From: Dehalococcoidia bacterium
GTDB taxonomy: Bacteria > Chloroflexota > Dehalococcoidia > UBA2979
DNA length: 64,000 bases
Assembly: GCA_965219085.1 (NCBI GenBank)
Contig: OZ244720.1
Coordinates: forward strand, 3,072,001-3,136,000
Reading direction: 5' to 3'
Position numbers and translations under genes: made by a program. Shown here piece after piece: positions 21,875-33,800 of this stretch. The notes below the pieces were generated by a model, which was not told the origin of the DNA, ran no database searches, and saw nothing but the letters and a program-made list of their open reading frames with translations. Position 1 is the first letter of the stretch. Each line of letters opens with the position of its first letter.

Positions 21875-24800
21875 ATGAGGAGCATGCCGCGCTGCGCCGG
21901 GTTGCCGCTTGCAAGGGGCTGCGCTCTGTTGGCCGTGCTGCTGTCGCTCGTGCTCGAGAGCGGCGGAGCAGGGGCACAGACGTCCGTCGCCGCCCCCACG
22001 ATCGAGTCGATTACCCCGGCCGACGGCTCGCTCAGCGTGGCCTGGACCGCGCCCACCGGCGTGACGGGCATCACCGCCTACGACCTGCGCCACATCCGCA
22101 GTGACGCGCCCGACAAGGCAGACGCCAACTGGACAGAGATCGAGGACATCTGGACGGCCGGCTCCGGCGACCTGACGTACACCCTCAGCGGCCTCGACAA
22201 CGGCGTCGGCTACGACGTGCAGCTGCGCACGGTCACCACGACCGACGGCGCGTGGTCAGGGACGTCGACCGGCACGCCCCAGATCCCCGGTCCCGTCATC
22301 ACCTCGGTCGTCGTCGGTGACGAGGCGCTGACGGTCGTCTGGACGGCGCCCGTGGTCGCCGCGACGACTGCGATCGGCGCCTACGATGTGCGCTACATCG
22401 AGAGCTCGGCTGCGGATAAGACCGACGACCAATGGACAGTCGTCGAGGACTTCTGGACCTCCGGGAGTCTGTACGGTGTGCTCGCCGGACTGACCAACAC
22501 CACGGGCTATGACGTACAGGTGCGCGTCGTTGCCGCGACCGACGGCGCCTGGTCGGCGACGGCCACAGGAACCCCTGCCGAGCACGGCGGCACGACTGCG
22601 ACAGCCACGGCCCTCACGCTCGGCACGCCTCTGGGTGGAACCATCGATCCGGGAACCGATGAGGACTACTTCCAGCTCGTGTTGAGCAGCGCGGCCACCA
22701 TTCTGATCCGGACCTCCGGCGACCTCGACACCGTGGGGGAGCTCCAGGACAGCGGCGGGACGGAGCTTGAAAGCAACAACGACGGCCGGCTCCCGCAGAG
22801 CCCGAAGAACTTCGTCATCTGGCGCGTCGCTAGTGCAGGGACTTACTACGTCAAGGTGTCCAGCAACGACGGCGCTACTGGGGCGTACGTCCTGCACGCC
22901 ATCGCGATAGAGGACACCACTGCGACGTCCAATGCCATCACGGTCACCCCCGACAGCTCTACGCTGGCTCTGGCTGATCACTCCAAGGACACGGACTATT
23001 TCAAGCTCACGTTGGCGGAAACCACCGAGCTCGTGATGCGCACATCGGGCCCCATTCACGATACCGAGATAGAGATCCTCGACAACAGCGCAGCTCAGAT
23101 TGCCGAGAACGACTACGGCCTGCTCCCGCCACGAACCCAGCACGCTGCTGTGCGAGCGAGCCTCGGGGCTGGGACGTACTTCATCAAGGTCAGGTCGCAG
23201 TCCGCGCACAACACCGGGCCCTACACCCTCCATGTCGATGCTCTCGCCGAGCCTGGCGATGCGACCACCGATGCAGTTCCATTGGTTCTGCACCATGCGG
23301 AAGGGGGGAACATCGACCCTGCAAGCGATGCGGATTACTTCCGTATCGACCTCAGCGAGACCACACACGTACGACTCCGGGCCGTGAGCGAAACCGTGGA
23401 CATCGACGGGTCGCTGCTCGACAGCGGCGGGCAGCCAATCCAGGCCAACATCTATGAAGAGACGCTGCTGAGCGGCGAGGCGATGGCGTTTACGTTCCGC
23501 GCAACCCTGAGTGCGGGGACGTACTACATCAAGGTGAACCGGTCCGGCGGAGCGGACACCGGACCCTACGCGATCCTGCTCGTCGACGACGCGAATCTGG
23601 AGAGGCTGCTGGACCAGTGCTCTGGACTCGACACCACCGTCAGCGACCCGCTCTACGGATGCCAGTGGAACCTGAAGAACACGGGCCAGTTCGGGGGAAC
23701 GGCCGGCGAGGACATCAATGTCGAACCGGTGTGGAACGGCGGAAACCTGGGTGCCGGCATCAACGTGGTGATAGTTGATACGTACCTGGACCACCGGCAT
23801 GAAGACCTGACGACTGACCAGTCAAGAAGCCACGAGTACCACACCCAGTCCGGCTCCGGCTACTCGACCTTCCTGCACGGTACGGAGGTGGCGGGAATTG
23901 TTGCAGCGCGCGATAACAGCCTCGGCGTGAGGGGAGTAGCGCCACGGGCAACCCTCATTGAGCACGCGGGGCTCGGACTGTCCATCAGTATCGGTCCAGA
24001 CCCGGACAAGCCGGACGCCATGACCCGCAACATGGACGTAGCGGCCGTGTCCAACAACAGCTGGTCGGGAAGCCTCGGCCCCGGGCCAGAGACCGCCCCG
24101 GACGCCTGGGAGACGGCACTGCTCACGGGTGTGACCGAAGGCTATGGGGCAAAAGGCGTCTTCTATGTGTTCTCGTCGGGCAACGAGGCGCAGTTCGGGA
24201 GTAACGCAAACCTCGACGAGTACATTAACCTTCGCCTGGTGACGGTGGTCTGCGCCGTCAACGACCTGGGGCAGCGCAGTGCGTATTCGGAGGAGGGCGC
24301 GAACCTCTGGGTCTGCGCCCCCTCCGATGACCCCACCCGGGACCGCCCGGGGATCTTCACGACTGCCGGCTACAGCGCTTACACCGACAGCTTTGGCGGG
24401 ACCTCCGCAGCGGCTCCGACCGTCTCGGGCGTGGCAGCACTGGTGCGCGCGGCCCACACGAGCCTGACGTGGCGGGACGTGAAGCTGATTCTCGCCGCCT
24501 CGGCGCGCAAGAACGACGCGAGCAACAGCGGATGGGAACAGGGCGCTCTCGAGTACGGCTCGAGCAGTCTGCGCTACGACTTCAACCACGAGTACGGATT
24601 CGGCGTCGTCGACGCAGGCGCCGCAGTGACGCTGGCCGACGGATGGACGAATCTCCCGCCCGCGATCCAGGCAACCGTCGAGTGGGATGGCGCCAGTGTG
24701 GTGATCCCCGACCTCGTGGACCCCAACATCCCGCTCGGCATCACATGGACGATGGTCGTGGGCCCCGAGGTGGAGTTCACCGAGTTCGTGCAAGTCAACC

Positions 24801-27800
24801 TTGAGTTCGTCGAGGTAAGCACTGGACTCGACGTGCCGCAGTTCCGGGAACTGGATGTGACGCTGGAGTCCCCGTCGGGCGCGGTCTCCGTGCTGGCGCC
24901 GGCCGTTACCGACGGTGTGACGTGCAGCTCCGAGGGTTCCTGCGGGCTGGAGGGCGGGCTCCGCCTTGGCTCAGCCAGGCATCTGGGCGAGAACCCCGAG
25001 GGTGCGTGGAAACTGCGCGTCTTCGACCGCGTCACCGGCAGTACACCGGGCACGCTCAAGTCGTGGAGTCTCACCGTGTACGGGCACAGGTCCAGCCCGG
25101 CTGCCCCGGTCATTGACTCGGTGACCGCGGGCAGCGAGTCGCTCACCGCCACCTGGACCGCCCCGAGCAACACTGGCGCGTCCGACATCACCGCCTACGA
25201 CGTGCGTTCCATCCGCAGCGACGCGACCGACAAGTCCGACAGCGAGTGGACAGTCGTGGACGACGCCTGGACCAGCGGTGACTTCGACTACACCATCAGC
25301 GGGCTGACCGGGAACGTGCAGTACGACGTACAGGTGCGTGCGGTCAACGCCGAGGGCGACGGCCTCTGGTCCGCCACCGAAACCGGCACCCCGACGACAG
25401 ACAAGGCCCCGACCATCGACTCGCTGACGCCCGGGGACCGCGCGGTCACCGTTGAGTGGACGGCCCCTACCAATGCCACTCTGGGAACGGTCACCTCCTA
25501 CGACCTGCGCTACATCCGCAGCGACGCCTCGGACAAGGCAGACGCCCGCTGGACTGTGATCACCTCGATCTGGACCGCCGGCTCGCTCGATTACACCCTC
25601 AACCCGACGCCCAGCCTCGTCAACGGGGTGTCCTACGACATGCAGGTACGGGCGGTAGTGGGGACCGACCAACACCCCTGGTCGGGCGTCCGCACCGCCA
25701 CACCGCGCACCACACCCGGCACTCCGACGATCGGCACCATCACCGGGACCGACGGTTCGCTCACCGTCGAGTGGAGCGCGCCCGCGAGCGACGGCGGGGC
25801 CAACATCACCGCCTACGACGTGCGCCACATCCGCAGCGATGCCACCGACAAGTCCGATGACCAGTGGACGGTCGTGGACGACGCCTGGACCCCTGCCAGC
25901 AGCACTCCGGAGTACACGGTGAGCGGACTTACGACGGACGTGCAGTACGACGTGCAGGTGCGCGCGGTGAACGCCGCGGGCGACGGTCTCTGGTCGGCGA
26001 CCGGGACCGGCACGCCGCGGACCCCGCCCGGGGCGCCCGAGGCGGTGCAGGTCTACGTCTATGTGACGGGCAAGCTGGAGGTGCGCTGGTCGGCGGCGGC
26101 ATCCCCGTCGATCACGGGCTTCAAGGTGCAGTGGCGTTCAGGCACGGAGGAGTGGGACGAGTCGCGCTCCGACGAGGTCGACCCGGCGACCGCCCACGTG
26201 GAGTGGTGGCCGAAGCCGGACAGCCGCCGCTACCGGCATACGCTGGACGGGCTCACGAATGGCGCCGAGTACGAGGTGCGGGTGATTGCGTCCAATACCG
26301 GCGTGGACGGCGAGGCGTCTGCCGTGGCTACCGGGACGCCGCGGTCCGACTCCACACACGCCCAGGCGGCAACGTTCATCGAGAACGAACTGGTCAGCGT
26401 ATACGAGGACGCCAATCCGTGGCTCCGGGTCGCGTTCGACTGGATCGACGCCGCCAGCACGGATGGCGACCCATACGGCACCAGTTCCGGAATCGAATTC
26501 GAACTCGGAAGCGCGACCTGGGGGTTAGTCGTTCATTCGTGCTTCAACAGCGCCGGCGCGAAGTTGCACGACTCGCTTTGGGACAGGTGGGCGCGGCACT
26601 GCCAGATCACCCGGATGTATATCGAATGGGATTTCGTGCATGTGATCCCGCTCATCACCCACGAACTCGCGCACGTGATGACGCTGACGAACCGTCTGGA
26701 TGGCTCGCCCGAGGCACCGCTCGCCATCGCGCAGCTGTACTTCGCCCGGGCCGACATCGGCTGCGAGGGCTGGCTGCCCGCGCGAGAGTTGCTGGCCGAC
26801 ATGCTCATGGTGAGTGTGTTCGGCGATGCCGGATTGCGGGTGGCTGGCTACATTCGGGGGAGCTATTGCAGCACGGATGAAGATCAAGTGGAGGAGGCGC
26901 TGGGAGTCGTCCGCACGGCGCTGGCGGGCGAGATGCCGGCGTGGTTGGCCGAGACCTACCAGGACGGCGAAGGCAACCTCGATCTGGAGCAACTGTGGTC
27001 CCACATCAAGGCCGAGGGGGACCCTTCCCCGGTGATGAGGGATCTGATGCGCGGCGCCTTCGGCGGCCTCTGCAGATCCGACGCGCTGTGGAACAATGCG
27101 ATACGCATTCCGTGGCGGGACGGTGGCTGCGTGCCCCAGGCGCCCCCGGGCCTGGATGCTGTCGCCACCGTAGACGGCGTCATGACGGTGTCCTGGCAGT
27201 CGCCCGACAACGACGGGGGCTCACGGATTAGCGGCTACAAGGTGCAGTGGAAGTCCGGCGCGCAGGACTACGACACCTCCCGCGAGGCGTCGGTGACCGA
27301 CCTCGCGGACCTCTCGCACACGATCGAGGGCCTGTCCCACGGCGTCGACTACACGATCCGGATCCTGGCCTACAACATCAACGGGGACGGCCCCGCCTCC
27401 GAGGTGACCAGGACCGCGGTGGGGCTCGAAGCCGCCCTCGGGACGCTGACCCTGGCCGGCACGACGCTCTACCCCGCCTTCAGCAGCACCACGAGCTCGT
27501 ATGCGGCAGTGACGGGCCATGCCGCCACGCAGATCACGATCGCCGCCACGGCGGCGGATGCCGACGCCACCGTCGCGTTCCTCGACGTCGACGGCAACGC
27601 CCTCACGGACGCCGGCGCGGCCGACGAGTTCCAGGTGAACCTGTCGGTGGGCGCCAACGTCATCCAGGTCCGGGTGACGGCGCAGGACGGCGTCGCCTCT
27701 ACCTACACCGTGACCGTCACGCGGGCGGACGAGAACACCTCGCTGAGCCCGCCGGCGAGCGATCCCGTCGCCGCGTTCCCGTCGTCTGCCCGTTATACGA

Positions 27801-30800
27801 TCACCTTCCGGGGCGACTGGACCACCGATGTCACGCCGGAGGGGCGACCGGGCGGGGCCCACTTCTCTCCGCTCATCGGCGGGGTGCACAACGCCGGCGT
27901 CACCTTCCTCGTGAGCGGAGAGGCGGCGAGCGCCGGAATCGAGTCGATGGCGGAAGTTGGACAGACGGCTCAACTCCGCAGCGAGGTCAATACGGCGATC
28001 GACGCCAGCCCGGCGACGGCCCTCGCCGTCATCAGCCCGTCCGGCAACATCAGTCCGACTGGCTTGAAGACGGTGAGCAACGTGGAGCTCACGACCGAGT
28101 TCCCGCGGGTCACGCTCACGACGATGATCGCGCCGAGCCACGACTGGTTCGTCGGCGTCTCCGGGCTGCCCCTGCTCGACGCGCAGGGCGACTGGCTGAC
28201 GTGGCTCCGCGTTTTTCTGTATCCGTGGGATGCCGGCACCGAGGAGGGCGACGACTTCTCGCTCAGCCCCAGCGTCGACACCAGCCCGCGCGGCGTCATC
28301 CACAGCATCCGCGGGACGGGCAAGTTCACGACCAGGCGGATCGCGAGTCTCACGTTCACGCTGCAGTCGATCTCACCATCCTTCCCGGACACCGAGACCG
28401 GCGCCCGCACCATCCCTGAGAACACCGCCTCGGGTCAGGACATCGGCGAACCGCTCGTCGCCACGGATCCCGACAGCGGCGACTCGCTGAGCTACTCGCT
28501 GGGCGGACCCGACGCGGGCTCCTTCGCGATCGTGGCCTCGACGGGTCAGCTGCGAACGAGGGCCGCCCTCGACTACGAGACCGCGTCCAGCTACTCCGTC
28601 GCGGTGACCGCCACGGACACGAGCGGGCTGAGCGACACCATCGACGTGACGATCACGGTCACCAACGTCGAGGAAGCAGGTGTTGTTTCGCTCTGGCCGG
28701 TGCAGCCGCGAGTGGGGACCGTGCTGCGGGCGAGCCTAAGCGACCCCGACGGGGGCGTGCGGTCGGTGTTCTGGCGGTGGCAGCGGTCATCGGACCAGGC
28801 CTCCTGGGCCAGCGTGTCCGGTAGCGGCGCACGCTACACGCCGAAGAGCGCTGACGAGGGGATGTACATCCGGGCCCGTGCGACCTACGCGGACGGAGAG
28901 GGCACGGGCAAGAGCGCCGAGGCCGAATCGGGCCAAACCGTCGGCGCGCGTGAGGGCGCGCCCGGGATCACCGTCGTCACGCTCGTCTCCGGCCTCAGCA
29001 TTCCCTGGGATCTCGCCTTCGCTCCCGACGGGACGATGCTGCTCACGGAGCGTGGCGGAGCGCTCAAGGCCCGGCTCACCGGCGGCACGGTCCAGACCGT
29101 GACGGCGGACTTCAGCGACCTGTTCGTGAGCGGGGAGGCCGGACTGATGGCGATCCTCGTCGATCCCGGATTCGCCTCCAACCGGCGGTTCTACACCTGC
29201 CAGGCGCACACCGGGCGCGTCGTGCAGGTGATCGCCTGGACCATGAACTCGGACTACACCGCGGCCACGCGTGTCGCGGATCCCCTCGTCGGGGGCATCC
29301 CCGCGGCCAGCATCCACAACGGTTGCCGGCTGCGCTTCGGCCCGCACGGGTTCCTCTGGATCGCGACGGGAGACGCTGCATCCGGGACGGTACCGCAGGA
29401 CCTCAGCTCGCTGGGCGGGAAGGTGCTCCGCGTCGATGCGTCGACGGGCGTCGGCGCGCCCGGGAACCCGTTCGCCGCCTCGGCGCGCGTCTACACCCAC
29501 GGCCACCGCAATCCGCAGGGCCTCGCTCGCCGCCCCGGCACGAACCAGATGTGGTCGGTCGAGCACGGGCCGACTGTGGACGACGAGATCAACCTGCTGA
29601 CCTCGGGCGGCAACTACGGATGGGATCCGGTACCCGGCTACGACCAGTCCGTTCCCATGACCGACCGCGTGAAGTTCCCCGACGCGGTCGAGGCCAGATG
29701 GTCGTCCGGCGACCCGACGCTGGCGACCAGCGGCGGCATCTTCCTCCACGGCCCCGACTGGGAGGAGTGGAGCGGCCGGCTCGCGGTCGCCACGCTCAAG
29801 ACCCGGTCGCTCCGGATCTTCGAGTTCACCGCGGCCGGGAGGTTCGTGAGCCAGGTGGTCGTGCCCGAGCTCGACGGTACCTACGGGCGCCTCCGGACCC
29901 CCATGCTGGGCCGCGGGGGCGCGCTCTACCTCACCACATCGAACGGCGGAGGCGCGGACCGCATTCTCAAGGTCGTCCCCAGCCGGCCGCCGGCGTTTGC
30001 GGCCACCACGGACACCCAGGAGGTGGCGGAGAACAACAGCACGTCGGCGGTCGTCGCCACCGTCACCGCCACCGACCCGGACGGCGAACAGCTCACCTAC
30101 ACGCTCGGTGGGCGTGACGCGGACGCTTTCACCGTCGCGAACCCGGCCGCCGGAGGACTGCGAGCCAACGTCCAGTTCGACCACGAGACGCGGAGTTCGT
30201 ACGAGGTCGTTGTGACCGCTACGGACCCCTACGGCCTGAGCGACAGCGTCACGTTGACCGTCACCGTGACCAACGTCGACGAGCCCGCGGATATCTCGTT
30301 CGTGGCGACGGGCGGCGTCACCGTGAACAACAACGCGCTCACCGTGGCCGAGAACCATGACGGCACGCTCGCCACCTTCAGCGCGAACGACCCGGAGAAC
30401 GACCAGACCCTCACGTACGAGTGGTCGGTGGGCGGGACGGATCGCCTCGACTTCGCCCTCACCGCCGCCGGCGTGCTCTCCTTCGTGAACGTCCCCGACC
30501 ACGAGCGCCCCGCCGACTCGGGCGGGAACAACGTCTACGGCATCACGGTCAGCGCCCGCGACAGCGACGGCAAGACGGGCAGCCTCGCCCTCACCGTCAC
30601 CGTCGACCCCGTCAACGAGCCGCCCGCGATCAGCGGCGACGCCAGGCCGGGCGTCGAGGAAGGCGGCACGCTCCTCGTCGGGACGTACCGGGCGTCGGAC
30701 CCCGAGAGCGCCACCATCGCCTGGCAACCGCTCGCCGGGAGCGACAGCGAGCAGTTCAACTTCACGTCCCCGAACGGGAGGCTGGAGTTCAAGGCAGCCC

Positions 30801-33800
30801 CGGACTACGAGGACGCGACCGACTTCGGCCCGAACAACGTCTACGACGTGACGCTGAGTGTCTCGGCCGGTGCCCACACCACGACATTGGCTGTCGCCGT
30901 CAGCGTCACGAACAGGGAAGAGCCCGGGATGCTCGCGCTGCCCGCAACGCGGCCGCAGGCCGAGGCGGACTACACCGCCACCCTCGGCGACCCCGACGGC
31001 GTGCGGTCGACGGCGTGGACGTGGGAGCGCTCGACAAGCCGCGGCGGCCCCTGGACGGCCGTCACCGGGGCCGCCGACAGCACCACGACGAGCGTCTACA
31101 CGCCCGTCGCGGGAGATATCGGCTACTACCTGCGCGCGACCGCCGCATACACCGACGGCCACGGGCCGAACAAGAGCCTCGTCGCCGTGTCCACCAACTC
31201 GGTCCTGGCAGCCCCCGTCGTCAACAACCCGCCGACGTTCACGGAGGCGAACCCGACCCGCAGCATCGCCGAGAACGCACGGGCGGATGCCCCGGTCGGG
31301 GAACGCGTCACCGCCAGCGATCCCGACCCGGGCAACACGGTGGGGTACGAGCTCGAGCCCGCATCGGATCTGTTCACGATCGACGGCGCCAGTGGCCAGA
31401 TCCGGGTGAAGGAGGCAGCATCGCTCGACCACGAGACGGCGCCCTCGCACACGGTCACCGTCAAGGCCAGCGACAGCTCCAATGCGTTCGACACCGTCGA
31501 GGTCACGATCACGGTCACGGACGTGAACGAGCCGCCGGACGCCGTCGCCGATGCCCCCGGCAGTTTCGACGAGGACACCGAGATCACCATCGACGTCCTC
31601 GCCAACGACAGCGACCCCGAGCAGGACCCGAGCGAGTTGCTGCTGACGGTGGTCACCCCGCCGCTCAACGGACGCGCGAGCGTGAATGAACCCGCGAGTG
31701 CGGGCGATCGCCGCACGATTACCTACGAGCCCAACGCCGACTACCACGGCGCGGACACGTTCACCTACCGGGCCCGGGACACCGGCAGCCCGTCACTCTC
31801 GAACATCGCCACCGTCTCCGTGGAGGTGGACCCAGTGAACGACGCGCCCGCGTTCGCGTCGCAGGCCGCGACCCGCAGCGTGCCGGAGAGCGCGGAGGCC
31901 GGCGATCACGTCGGCGCGCCCGTGACGGCGACGGATGTCGACGAGAACGACACGCTCGCGTACAGCCTCTCGGGCCCCGACGTGTTTTCGTTCGTCATCG
32001 ACGCCGACGGCCAGATCACGGTCGGCACGGGGGTCACGTTCGACGCCGCCGCGACGCCCGAGTACGCCGTCACGGTCGAGGCCCGCGATCGCGCAGGCGC
32101 CCCGGCGAGCATCGACGTGACCATCACCGTCACGGCCGGGCCGGTCGTCAGTGGCGGTGGCTTCGTTGGCGGTGGCGGCGGCGGCCCCACAGGCCCGACA
32201 CCAAGCGAGGTCGAGTTCGAGTGGAACGTCAAGCGCGACATCGAAGCGCTCGACTCGAGCCACGACTCGCCCACCGGCTCCTGGTCCAATGGCTCCATCC
32301 TCTGGCTCCTCGAGAACGGCTCGGGCGCCGACGACGCCATCTACGCCTACGACCTCGAGACAGGCGGGCGTGTCGAGGACTTCGAGTTCGACCTCGACGC
32401 AACCAACCGCGCGCCTCGCGGTGTCTGGTCCCACACGAGCGTGGTCTGGGTCTCCGACAGCGGCCAGAACCGCCTCTTCGCCTACGACCTGGAGAGCGGC
32501 GAGCGCCTCCCGGAGCGCGACATCGCGCTCGCCGAGCGCAACCGCGCCGCCCGCGGCATCTGGTCCAACGGCGAGCGGATGTATGTGCTCGACGGCGGCA
32601 AGGACAGCCTCTTCGCCTACGACCTGGAGAGCGGCGAGCTGCTCGCCGAGTTCGCCTTGGACGACGCCAACGGTGACCCCCACGGCATCTGGTCCGACAG
32701 CGTCACGGTCTGGGTCTCCGACCACGGCGCCAAGCGGCTGTTCGCCTACCGGCTGCCCGTGCTGCCGGACGACGATGAAGCCTCCGATGGGGAAGACAAG
32801 GAACTCGAACGCGTCCGTGACGAAGAGTTCGGAGGGTCCCGGGAACTGACGAAGGCCAGCAACAACAGCCCACGGGGCATCTGGTCTGGCGGCGACGTGA
32901 TGTACGTGGCCGACGAGAGCGACGACAAGGTCTACAGCTACAACATGCCCGACGCGATCGACGCCCGCCTCGCCTCGCTCACGCTCAGCGGCGTCGACAT
33001 CGGGGAGTTCCTGCCGCGCCGCACGGACTACGAAGGCGACATCGCCGAGGGCGTGACGGAGACGACCGTCGACGCGGTGGCGGTGCAGCGCCGCGTGGAT
33101 GTCGCCATCGATCCGCCCGATGCCGACGAGGAGGCGGACGGCTACCAGGTGGCCCTCCAGGACCTCGGCGAGATCACCATCACCGCCAGCTCGGCGGACG
33201 GCAGCCGCAAGAAGGTCTACCGCGTTAGCTTCCCGGAGGCGGCGTGGGACCCGGCCCGCGATCCCTGGCCCCACTGCCTGCGCGGCGCGGTCGCCGAGGG
33301 GTTCAGCCTCGTCGTCTTCGAGGGTGGCAGCATCGAGGACCTCGATGCCTGCGCGGAGGGCCGGGAGATCGTGACCCTCTACGCCCTGCATGAGGGCGTC
33401 TACCGCTCCTTCATCCTCGGGGGTCCGGACTTCGTCAACCGCGAGTTCGCTGAGCTGTTCGCCGACGGGCTCCCGGTCATGACGCCGCTGGTCGCCGGCA
33501 GCAACGGACCGCCCTCGGCGGACCCGTTCGGGGATGGCCTTGACGCCGCTGGGCCGCAGCCGTGGCCGGAGTGCCTGCGCGGGGACGTTGTCGAGGGCTT
33601 CAGCCTCGCGGTCTACGAGGGAGGCAGCGTCGAGGAACTGGAGGCGTGCGCCGAGAGCCAGCAGGTCACGGCCCTCTACGCCCTGCACGGCGGCGAGTGG
33701 GTCTCCTACATCCTCGGAGCTCCGGAGTTCGCGAACGCGGGGTTCCGGGAGCTGTTCCCGGACGGCCTGCCGGTCCTCATGCCGCTGGTCGCCAGGAGCG